Assembly: GCA_040954595.2 (NCBI GenBank)
Contig: CM082594.2
Coordinates: 10,172,296-10,236,295, forward strand
Source of the DNA: Balanoglossus misakiensis
Taxonomy: Eukaryota > Animalia > Hemichordata
Length of the DNA: 64,000 nt
Direction of reading: 5' to 3'
Part shown: piece by piece, positions 1-23,140 of the stretch
Numbering within the stretch: position 1 is the stretch's first letter
Layout of the letters: each line of letters opens with the position of its first letter
Made by a program: the position numbers and the translations under genes
The notes under the pieces: model-generated
Database searches by the model: none
Seen by the model: only the letters and a program-made list of their open reading frames with translations
Told to the model about the DNA's origin: nothing

Positions 1-104
1 TAAATCCATTTCCTAGAATTTACATCTATGACATTCTGAGTAAACCTGAGTGGACCTTTAATCAATGTATACTTATTTCTCTATGTTGTATTTTTTATTA
101 ATAG

Positions 105-7333
<7,229 letters not shown>

Positions 7334-10300
7334 GCCACCACTGACCATGGCTTTGGGAAAGTACCATAGCCTACCAGAGACAAGTCAACGTCTCATGAGG
7401 ATTTTGGCTTTCTCATTGATACTGATGTGATACTGCCCTATTGTAACCTTTTGTTAATTTCTCTTTTTCACAGAATGCAGTGTAGTTTTATTCACCGATA
7501 ACAGTAATTATAAACCTACACGGTGTAATTCTAATCAGATTGGTAAATTGTGAATTGTGGTAAATTAATATAACCAGCCTTTAATCAAATTAACTTTTAT
7601 ATCATTATTTACATGCTCATACGATTCGTTGCAGTATTAATTTCTATGTTAGCTTGTATTTAATATCAACATTGGTATTTTAATACCTGAAACATTATTA
7701 ATAAAAAAATAATTAATGGACTGTGTATTTTGCCTAACGCCATAAACTTAAGAAATAGTATAGGTTTAACCAAATTTAACTGGTTGAAATTGTATAAATA
7801 AATTTGTAAAACAAGAAAATTTGAATGTAAAAATTTAAGAACTGTGTAAAGAATTTGTTTTGATTTTGAATTTTGAGTATTAATTGATAATAGGACAAAA
7901 GATTGGGGATTTGTGTGAACTTGAAACATTTACACCTTTTACAAGTCTGTGTGTCTTGTGGCTTATATATCAGTGTTGTATTTTATAGTGTTGAGATTGT
8001 TTAGTTTTTAGGTTGCATGAAACAAATAAATTTTAGTCTCCTTGAAGATACATTCACCTGAAACCATGAAAGACATATCATGAAAAGATGTGTAGTTTCA
8101 TAATTAAGGTGAAATTTCAGAAACATTATTTCAGAAAACTTGATATATGTACTAATTTTAATAGATTGACAATTTTAAAGAGTGTATTGTTTTTATAGCT
8201 GACATAGTTTCTGTTCTAAATATATTCAAAGCGGAGAGTTTGATATGTAAAACTCAAAATTCAACAGTTGTTAATTGAGATGGATTCTTTCTGGAACAGG
8301 TCCAGACTGCTGGTTAAATTTTAGCAAACTGCTGAGGCCAACACTGTTTATTTAATAGTAGTGTAGCTGTCTTTATTAAAAGCTCAAATGTTAATCCCGG
8401 GAACTCAGCTATTTAGGTTATACCTCTTGCACGTACCGACACTAAATAATTTTTGATTGCAAATTTCTTGGTCAAATAAATTTTCCCACATAGCTATATA
8501 TCAATGGAAAGCTCTTTGCATGAGTTTTATTTCTGTTTTGCCAGAATTTATATATTGACCCCCACAGACATGTTCAATTGTAGAATTTTCCAAATTTATT
8601 TCAGAAGCACTAGTGTATAATCTTACAAGCATTATCTGTTATCATTACATGTACAGAGTATATAGCAATTAGTGTGCAAACAAACAGACCAATCACCATG
8701 GTGATCAGTGTTCCACCGGTAACCATAATGACTGGCGACTCCATACCTCCACAAAAAACTTCAAAACAATTTCTGTAAAAGTGTGGTATGGAGGTGATTC
8801 AGTAAAAATTTGCCAGATTTGAGTCAAGAAGTCAAGTAAATTCATCTGCCAATTTGTGTCTCGCGCCCAATTCAAATCCACCATTTACGCACAATGGATC
8901 TATAACACAGTCAACAGAGAAATCTTGTTATCTTTCCACATTATGTTTATTGGAGGTTTCTCAAAGGAACAACTATAGCATTTGCGAAGTTCTAATTCTC
9001 ATCTCGGTAAACGAGTGCACAGAATGAGGGGAGGAAACCTAGCAGTTCTAAAGCAAATCAAATGGGAATGAAAACGAGCCCAACAGAGCTGATTTGGAAA
9101 ACATAACAAAATCCCACATTTACACTTCCAAATCAACCAAATTTACTGCAAAACAATTCAAAGTTCATTCAAGAAAACCTTTCACTTTTCAATTTTGGCT
9201 GGGAAAAAAAAGACTCCAGCATAGAATATATACGATTCATGCTCACTACAATTAGATGTACAATTATTTGCAATATAATTCATTAGCATAATATATTCCT
9301 TACATACAGTGGATAAAGAAGTAACACACAAGTATTTGATATACAAGATTTCTTAGAATTGGAAAGCGCACAATGTATACCAATGGCAAAATATGCTTTG
9401 GTCTCCGTGGTAATGGGACCTTCCATCTTGCGCAAAACTGTGCAGCTCAATCACGCAGTGCTGAATTATAGGTACATGTTCCACATTGAATGCAGCGACA
9501 CTGGAAATCAACGCTAGCAAGCTACTCCTGTGTGGAGTGGCACCCCCTGTCCATACAGAAAAGTTGGCGGCGGCCATTTTGAAATTGAGGATGTATTGAA
9601 TCCCACTGCATTCACAGGGGGAGACTCAATTTCCCTTGCATTGAAGTAATCAGAGGATTTAAAGACTGCAAGACAACTTCTGATAGCTGCAGAGTGCGAC
9701 TTGCCAAGAATAGCTTGCCAGCATTTCTCGCAAAGACACTAAATACTACAGATTTGCACAGCTGCGCAACGTCATATCCGCACAGTCTATGATATCCAAT
9801 GAACACAATACTCTGTATTCGCTTTTACAAACGCGCAAATGTTACAGTTGAAAACATGTCTTACACTTGAAAGATGGAATATATTCCTCATTAAACTTTG
9901 CCTCATTGCTAAACAGATTCAAGTACATGTAACTGAATGCAGTCTTTATTTCAAAACAAAGGATTTCACACAATTTGCAAGTACACACACATGCAAAGAC
10001 AGTCCACACTACCACAGCACACAAGCCATCCTGGTTTTGAGAGAGTTTTAATGGAGAATCAATGTTCCGTGCACTGGAGCAGCAAACATTGCCACCTGCG
10101 TACAAATCTAACTTCACAACATTTTACACACACACACACACACCGGAAGCATGGCACATTAAGCAGGCCATCTTAAGTGACAAGTTGTGCAGAAACCTGT
10201 GACGATCGACAGAGCCAGCATACAGAAGATTAACACGTACATTCTCTTTGTATCAAGTTTGAGATTTTCTAAATATAAAGTGCTAAGGAAAGTGTGCTGC

Positions 10301-11639
10301 ATGAAGCATGTCTCGAGGAAGAAGCTAAATAAAGAATCTTCATTAGGGCCGGCTCCCAGAATGCAACATTACACACACATACCTACGACTACACAAAATG
10401 GCCGATATCTACAATCACATATTTATATTCGCCAAGTACAAGGCCCATATTTCCAACTCATCTTGTGATTACTGGCCAGTCATGTAATTAATACCCAGCT
10501 TCTTGTCCATTTTTAATCCCCTTTAAGTAAATATATGTTATTGAGTAGTGCCTGTATACATGCACAACTGGTCACATTTTTTGGAGTGCTTGTGAAAAAG
10601 TGCCGCTGGAAACACGCGCTGTCTGATATAATCAAGTGACCCCCCCCCCCCCCTCCCCCTTTATTTTCAAGTAGAACAGACTGCTGGAACGACATGCATT
10701 AACTAACCAAGACCACGAAACTATCCGCGGGGGTGGGAGCTGTTGAGCAAACAGCAACTCATTCCACAAACAGCTGAACCATCCTTTATCTATTATCGTA
10801 GCAATTACACATTGGACTTTTTTTATTTATTACTAAAGAGTTGAATTATACTAACAGATATACATTACATGGTGTCATTTTATATGAATTAAAAAAAAGC
10901 AAAACCATAAAGATAAAAGACAAAACAAAAGAAAAACAAACGCTGCCACATACATGTGTTTATATGGTGGACATTTCATAGCATAAATCGTTCGCACAAG
11001 ACACTGGAATTTCTAGAGAGTTTACTACTTTGGTTGTACAGTCATAACACAGTATTATGGTTGTCCGTTTGGACATATTAAATTAGATTTTTTTGCCCCC
11101 CCCCCCCCTCAAAACAGAAAACCCCTTTTTATTTTTATGAGATTACAAGTCTTTGGCCTTGGGATATAACAGGCTTCACACCACATGGATTCATTACCGC
11201 TAAAAATTGGACCACCTTTTTTTAATTGATGCTGGAATCTGGCCGAACTCGGATGTGCTGGGAATTAAGCATTCGGTTGATGGATTCTAAGCCTTTAAGC
11301 ATGCAACATCTGAAGCTGTATATATTAGACGCCACTCTCCGCTCAGTACATTACCGTATCTTACACAACATTAATCTGACAAGCCAGAAAAACCGATGTG
11401 CATGCATGAGTTTAAGGCTTAAATCTATGTTCTATTAAACACTAATCATATCGTTAAACTATCTACATGTGACATCGTATCAAATACTTAACTTCCAACA
11501 TCCAAGCTCCGAACTTTTTTGCTTCTCTTGTTTAGATAGAATTCCCATGTGAGTGTGTTATTTTTCTCTCGTTCTCTTACGTATTATTACAAAGATACAA
11601 GTGATTTTTCTCGCTGTTGCCGCGGCCGACAAAACTTCC

Positions 11640-11779
11640 CTAGTTCTGGCAGCAGGTTCTCTTCTTGGTTTCCGTGTCGATGGTCTTATCCACGGTGATA
11701 GTCTCCACATTGTTGCTAGGGGAGTCCTCCCCACTCCCCCCATCCCGAATCTGTTTCTGTGACACAATGTGGTAAATTT
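11640..11779 (-). CDS. RAB11: Second, distal alternative last exon of Rab11 (216-aa isoform ending ...SPSNNVETITVDKTIDTETKKRTCCQN)
   Basis: Acceptor ttgttgcag|AAATTTACCAC in the same phase as the proximal exon. It reads EIYHIVSQKQIRDGGSGEDSPSNNVETITVDKTIDTETKKRTCCQN followed by TAG at 11640-11642. Confidence 0.88.
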
Positions 11780-12238
11780 CTGCAACAAAATTACCCCAGA
11801 AAAAAACGATACGATAATCAGAAATGATAACAAGACAAGATCAGAAATTACAATATTTTAAACACTATATAATCCCCCTCCCGTTTTCTTTATTACAAAT
11901 GGGCCAAATATCCAGTTATGTCTTCCTTTTTTATACAATGAAGTGTTGGAATCCTGTATTACAATTCGACGCAAGTGTTGCAACTTTACAAACTGACTAC
12001 TTTTGAACAATCGGTTGCATTCATCTTTCATTTTCCCTGCCCCATCCTCCACAAAAATAAAAGTAAATTCCCCAAGGTGAAGAGTCACCCCCCCACCAAT
12101 ACAATAGTTTGTTCTATTTACATAAGCATTACACAAATGACACACAAAGCATGTCGCCACAACATGGACCAAAGCATTTGGAATGATGGGGGTGGGAACG
12201 TTGGATGAGCTGAGAGGAAAATGCAGCTGGGACTTTTT

Positions 12239-16268
<4,030 letters not shown>

Positions 16269-17362
16269 TATATAGTCTTCGTTGATCACCTAGAAGAGAA
16301 TCCAACCAGGACTTCCCTGTCACCCTGCGTTTTGATTCCCAATACAGGAGATATAAATGGGTTCCCTGTGTCTGAGGAAGACCCAAGACCGAATATACGT
16401 CAATGGCCCTTCAGTGGATTGATACGAGGGTGGCTAAACGTCGGTCTTAAATTTAAAAGGGCCAGGATGGTTAAGATATTTGACAGATATTACTCTTGTT
16501 TCCGTTAACAAAATTCAGAGCAAATCCAAGATGGCGACGGTTTAACGCCCCTTGCTAACTGCGCAACCTATGATGTCATTACTGCGCATTTGTAAAACAG
16601 TCCCCCTGTTAGCGATGAACCCGGATGTACATTGATTTAGAAATTACAAATTTTCTCATTTCTCCCCCAAAACGAACAGATCAAACATCCCAATAACAAT
16701 TGCAAAGTCACAATTCGAGCGCGAAAAACAACAGCGAATCCAGTCAAACAAAGCCGAACAAGACATGCTGTAATAACATGTTAGGTAAGATATTGAAAGA
16801 GCTCAGTCGCTTTCCCCTATCAACTTAATCTTAAAGTTTCATCAAAAGTTTATAATAGGCCTAAGTTGACCGATTTTGTTAATACGTGGTTTGTAAGGGG
16901 ATAGTTTGCGCAGATCTTTGACTTACCCAATCTTTGCACATCAATTGGGGAAAATCAACCAGTAGTTCACGGTCAGCTGTGGCGTAGATAGCTCGCCCAG
17001 ACATTCTCAAGAACAACCCTACCAACTAAAAGGCCCGGTTTTCATTCTAAAAGGAACCGTTCGCTGTCTCGCTGCTTAATATATTGTCAGTTTTTTACCT
17101 GAAACAGCAGCATGCCACCGTTAGAGAGTTTTGATTGGCTTAAAGTATACCTTTATTCATATGCAAATTAAGCATTTCTCGGTGATCTCATCCTTCTACG
17201 GTCAGCAATAGAAGTGAGTCATGTAGTCAAGTATTTGTTATTGGGTGACGTGGAACTGCTTGTATCCAACTCATATCTCAGAATAGACCATTATTCTCCG
17301 ACGTAACACTTATTTACATGTGTTACTGTCGATCAAGAACCATTGATGCTGTACTGCTGTAC

Positions 17363-17363
17363 G

Positions 17364-17409
<46 letters not shown>

Positions 17410-17414
17410 GGTGG

Positions 17415-17448
<34 letters not shown>

Positions 17449-17463
17449 GATGATGATGATGAT
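17363..17463. repeat. Compound (GAT)n/(GGT)n trinucleotide microsatellite
   Basis: Seen directly; it produces the spurious poly-M/V and poly-S/P ORFs. Confidence 0.95.
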
Positions 17464-18183
17464 AGTAACCCGGTCAAAACGTTCCGCAACAGACAGGGTA
17501 CCCTCTTCAAATACAACATAAATTTCAATAGGGACAAAGAGACTATATCTTTATGGCAAGACCAATGTAAAATAGAATGTACATGGACAATTATTAATAA
17601 TCATAATGAATGTCATGCAAGGTAGTTCAGATATCAGGAATTTAATCAGTGATATTAATAAGCACCTCATAAGCACGAAAACGGCACTTGCCGCAAAAAG
17701 AAAACGTGTGCAAAAAGCTCTCTTCAATAAACATTCGTTACAAATCAAGGAATGTATATTGCACTGTACTGGACGCCGAAAAGCACTGCAAATGATCCTG
17801 TAGAGATATTCCTGTCTGTAAATGAAAGCTGGCAGTCCAGTGAGGAACACATGGCCACACCTCAAATGTAGCTGTGTTGTTTCTCCTTCCACCATCATCA
17901 ATCGCCAAAATCCAAAACTCAAGTAAGTTTCATGTAAGTATTAAACTTCAGCACCATGTTTCCATTCAGTGAAACTACTTCTAGAATGATGACGTCAACA
18001 CTTCATACGTGTCATTTCTGTGGTTTGGCAGTAAGGGTCAATCCTTAAAGATTCTCACGACAGACGTTGAAATGTTCCATCAGAGATGAGCTTCACGTTG
18101 ATTGTTGGTTGTTTGCCCGGTCGACCTAGGAGCACTCCTCAGTAAGTTTTTCGATCTAATAAAAAAAATTTGACGATCCATGT

Positions 18184-21100
18184 TTACTTTGAGAAAAAAA
18201 TATTGTCTGAACCAAGTAACCAACACTGCAAGCAACCAATCAAACGAACAAATAAAAAATAAATAAGCATGCACACAAAAATAAGTAGCGTACAAAACAA
18301 ACTAACAAACTAATTAATTAATTAATAAACCAAAGGCAACAGTATCTCAAAACAATTGAACGTACCTCGCTAATGAAACGTGGCAGGTAAAAGAACATCA
18401 TTGTGAATGTGACCAAGAACAACGCCCTCACATTCCGATACTCTTCATCATTCCTGCTGTAAAATATACACAGCCAGATTGCCATTGCGAAGCCACAGAT
18501 GAGAATGAGGAATATAACGATGCACTGGATAAGAATAAGTATCCCCGGAACGGATGGCATGGCTTTGCACGGGATCACAGCAGACTGGACACCCAGAAGG
18601 ACCACCCATATGAAGACGACCACCACACACACGAATGCCACAACCTAAAATTAAACCACACAAGTAAAATTTTATTGTGGCTTTAAATAACAGGCTGGTA
18701 CACTTCAACAAGTTGCGGTAAATTTTAAGCAAATGTTTTTAAAATGAGTTTTAAAAGTTGCAGATATACTCACTCCTAATTTAGGCATCCTCTCCAAAAA
18801 TCCACTGGCAGCCATTTTGAGAGTTTTAGAAACACCTGCAAAATGGGGAGAGAAAGTTGTCAGAAACTTGTCAGAAACTAGTTAGAAAGTTGTCAGATAC
18901 TTGTTAGAAAATACCCACCAAACCAGGCTTTCACGGGTTCCAAGTCCATCATGCACGGCATCTCTGTACACTGGACTTTATACGGTCCGATGTACTTCCT
19001 GTTTTGTGCACTTTCTTCTCGAAGATCCATTTCTGGTACGTCATCATCTTTCTTTGTAACTTGGTAGGGCGGGTCTACTTTGACGTCATGGTAGACGAAA
19101 TCACTACTGCCGATCCATTTCTCGCTGTCTTCATCTTCATATTTAGCCTTGTGGCTCTTGCAGCTGCATATAACTTTGGCTTCATACCTTAAAAGAAATT
19201 AAAACATTTGGCTTCATAAGTCCTTGGTATGTAGATTGTTTTTAAGCTAGTTTTTCGAGAAATAACTGGTTCCATCCCACACTCATCTTTTCATTATCAA
19301 TAATGGGTACATGACCAGTTGCTGGCGTTGTAAGTTCCAACCCAGCAGGGAAGGATGAAAAAAGACCATGTCAGAATTCCTCCAAAACTAGGAGTTCCCA
19401 CCTCAAAGAAGGCATCCACGTGGCGATGATGTCATTCATCGTCTCTTCCACAAATATCCGTGCATCACGGCACTTTTTTGGATCTGGTTTCGGGTGCAGT
19501 GGTTGAAACGTTCTTTCTGACGTGAAGTACCACATGATCATGATGACGTCCGACCCGCGCTTTGTCAGCGACATCCGATGGCGTCTACTCACGGGGATAT
19601 CGGCGTGGTGGAACTTTAAGTTTTTCCTCAGCGTTGTTCCGTCACTCTCTTTACCCCATTCTTCCAGACAGCGGACTACCAGCCGGTAATAAAAACCCTC
19701 CGGCAGAAAACCGCCGGAGAAATGGTAATACAGAGGCAGGGTGTGATAGCTCTTCTCGTCACCTATGGGCAGTGTTTCCAGCCTGTCTAACTGAAGTAGT
19801 GATGGTACGATGTAAGCTGCGGACGCACCTTTGGACGTGAGAGGATAAATGAGATCAAAATGCTTCAGGAGTTCTATCACCCTTGTGATTCCTTCACTGG
19901 TTCGAGATGGTTTGGCTACAGTTTGTCCGCCGTCGGTTTGACTTTGACCATTGGGACGATTATTATCATTTGTCATGTACATGACAACCGACCTCCTCTG
20001 CCATATCTCCACATAAGCACCACTTTCTTTGTCCTGCTTTGGACTTGGTTCTGGAGGGTCTATGATATTCGAAAATAACCTGAAGTCGTCCTCCGTCGTC
20101 GCCGCACTTCTGCTGGGATTCCGTTGCCTGTCGTCCAGGAGTAACTCCAAGAGCTCCTCGTGCAAAATACCATGGCGCCGGAGGTCGATCAAGAAACGTT
20201 CCTTCTTAGGGTGTTTGATCGGGACGTCGCCCAGCTTAATTGATATCACGCGGCCTAGGATGTAGGCCAGCCACTTTGCTTCTAAGACGAGCAGACCTTC
20301 AAAGTGATAGGTGATGCCAGTCGTGTGAAAGTACTCCAGAATTTTCTTAGTTTCCTCCTTATCTGTGATGCCAAGCTTAGCTGCGTACTGTTCGAAGAAC
20401 GAAATTGTCACGACGTGTTTGTTGAGGTCTCTCATTGCCTTGAGTACCAGCTCTAGTCGCAGCCATTGCACGGGTACATCTTCTGTGAAGATTGGGTCAT
20501 CAGCTATCGTTTTCAGACATTCTCTCAACCCCTGAATCTCAGCGTCCTCCTCCCCCGTTCCACTTCTACTGTTGTCCACAATGAAAGTTTCCTGAAACAC
20601 GTGAGCATCGAAGGCTTCTTCACAAGCCTCTGCAAGATACAGCCTCATTTCTTGAATGAATTCCTCCTGAAATCAAAATAAATGAAGTGAGAAAATTTCA
20701 CATTGGGTACTCAAAGTTACTGGAAGTGCGATCGCTGATCTGCTGAGTAACGATGAAAACAAAACAAAACAATCTAAAGCAAAACAAGACAACCCATCTC
20801 ACAACGCTGTCATCCACAACAAATCTTGTATTGTTTGAACTAACCTGTCGAGCTCGACTTCCGATTTTATCTTTCTTAGTGGCAACCAATATCACCAAAG
20901 GAGCCATGTACTCATGGCCTTCAATTATGAATTTCTTTGTCGATTTTTTGCTGCACGTATGGATGGAATTCAGCCAAAATGACAAGTAATCTGAAAAGAG
21001 AATAAATATATATATGTTTTCTGTTATGAACTTCAGAAACACCTGGTTTCTGATAGACAACTTGGAAGTTTGGATATATAATATCAGCTGTAATCAGACT

Positions 21101-23140
21101 ATACTATACTAGCCTGCGACCACAAAGTCTCAGATGAAGCAAAGTAAATGATCACTACCTTTGTATTTCATCTTCTTTTTCCAACATTGTTGTTCTTCTC
21201 TAGATTCACATTTGTCCATTGGACACTCGTCATCCAAATCGCGGGATGCATCAGCCACCAGAAGGAAGATAGACTTGTTGTCCAAGAACACCTGGTAAAT
21301 GAGGAAATGTTAATTTTTGCACATTTAATAAGTCCCCACAAAGTCAACATAGAATCATGGGACCGTTGTCGACTGTTAAGGAGAGGATTGAAGTGAATGG
21401 AGTCAATAAATTACCTGGTGTGTTGTGTAGTATACACTCTGACCTGCGAAGTCCCACAAACCAAAATCGCAGAATGATTCCATATCCATCCCCGTCTCAT
21501 TTAGGTTGAGATTTTCCAGAAGATTCTGTTCATCTTCGTTCTCCAGGACCAACTGCGACAGCAAATTAGGCAATTCTACGTCATTTCCATCGGCAGCGGT
21601 AGTGTCTTTTCTGATGAGAGGGGCCTTTTCTTCTTCTATTGTGGGGGTCAGGGGTTCAGTGGTCTCCTCTTCGACGTCTTGAGGCGTCGTGAATTTATGG
21701 TTTGGCGTGGGCCTCGCGGGTGCCTCCTTCTTTGTCTCCAGCAAATCTCGCATCTCGTCCGCCAACAGTTTTCGCATCGCCATCTGCGTTGGCGACCCCT
21801 TGCTTTTACCCGCCACTAAGATGCATTGTATGGACATTGAATCTTTGTTAGACAGTCTCAAAAACAGATTTGGACATTTCGCTTGGTGAATATAGTTCTT
21901 ATCGAGCTTCATGTCTTTAAAGAAGGTTTAGCTTAATTAAAATGACGACGGGTCTAGACGTCCACTTACCTGCGAAAAAGTTCGATATATCGATTGAAAA
22001 TCGAACTGACTCGATTCCTCTGGTAGAGTCATGTACGGGGTTGAATTTTTCCCCGAACAGGCTTCGTTTCAGACTTGTCTTGCCGACTCCGAACTGACCG
22101 ACTATCATCACTCGACCGCGCTTAGTTTGGACGGTTTTACGAGACTTAAGGAGAGCCTCTTCAGCTTTCACGGCATGGCTCTTCTTACATGGCTCTATCT
22201 GCGTTGATGGTTTGCGAATGCCAAACTCTGCGGGAAGAACTAAAGGTCGAGAATTGTTAAACTCAGTGCTTTCTTTTTAGTTGGGGATTTGCGGAAGACT
22301 CAAACTTCTACATACAAGGCTATGGAATACGATAACCATGCACTGCATCTTGGTAGATGTACTCCCAACTCTTAAGGCTTAATCGGTGTTCAGGTCATAT
22401 ACTGAGAATAGCTTCGACACCTACCATTTTTGGTCCCCGGCGGCTGTGGTGACGGCAGCGGTGAGGAAGGGGGTGACGGTGCTGGCGGTTGCGGTGGCTT
22501 AGTAACCTTTCTCGGTTTCCATAAACGACTTTTATCCATCTTGATTTCCGTCGAACGACCATGTTTTGCCAGACCATGTCGTCTTTCCCCGACGGCCGTG
22601 TGATACTCGTCCTCGCTGACCTCTTTGTCGAAACCCAACTTGAATCTGACCCTCGTCTCCTCCACCAAATCTTGCCGTCCAACTTTCCGCAAGAGTTGCA
22701 CCAGAATCCCGTAGTTGGTCTTCGAAATGTGGCCGGTGTCGACCAACTTTTCAAAAAGGCCGTAAACGTTTCTGTTTTGCAGAATAGTCTGTCTATCCTT
22801 CATGCTTATGATGCTCGGTGTAAATCCACCACACATTTTCACCATACGTGGAAGTTCATCTGTAAGAAATTCATCAAATACATGAATTGAAACAGTAAAA
22901 ATATGATATATAGATGCGAAAGTCATTTGATGATAGTTAAAAATATCTTAGGCGAATAAGATTTTGAAATGTCTCTTTATCTGTCCATGCACTCGCTCCC
23001 CGAAATATATACTTAATAAGCTTTCCAACATTGATCGACTTGGAACAGATGAAAGAAAGACTAGAATATTTCCCACCTTGTCCAATATCGTCTGCTAATT
23101 TCAACAAGAAATCTTTGAATCGACTTTCAGTTTCTGCCAT
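18184..23140 (-). CDS. Death effector domain (DED) - Roc GTPase - COR protein with a C-terminal multi-TM segment, ~1121 aa (3' end uncertain)
   Basis: Exons 23077-23140, 22425-22859, 21970-22239, 21415-21815, 21159-21291, 20845-20990, 19402-20666, 18919-19187, 18774-18835, 18366-18644 and 18184-18225 join with consistent phases (total 3366 nt). DED: FKDFLLKLADDIGQDEL...LFEKL...LLRKVGRQDL (RxDL motif). Roc: GQFGVGKTS, STRGIE, WDFAGQSVYYTTHQVFL, DYLSFWLNSIH, VILVATKKD, VDNS. COR: VPVQWLRLE, LEYFHTTG, YIVPSLL, FLPEGFYYRLVVRC. Confidence 0.85.
18851..18910. repeat. 11-bp minisatellite (AGAAA[GC]TTGTC-like, ~5.5 copies) filling most of an 83-nt intron of the Roco gene
   Basis: agaaagttgtc agaaacttgtc agaaactagtt agaaagttgtc agatacttgtt agaaa. 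Confidence 0.85.

Noticed and set aside
7400-11600. Short ORFs between the EGF receptor and Rab11
   Set aside because: No domain motifs or coherent exon chain; consistent with two convergent long 3' UTRs. No third Rab11 last exon was found.
17310-17537. Poly-Met/Val and poly-Ser/Pro ORFs
   Set aside because: They are translations of a (GAT)/(GGT) microsatellite, with no splice or domain support.
19562-20681. Plus-strand ORFs overlapping the COR exon
   Set aside because: Antisense shadows of a GC-richer coding exon.
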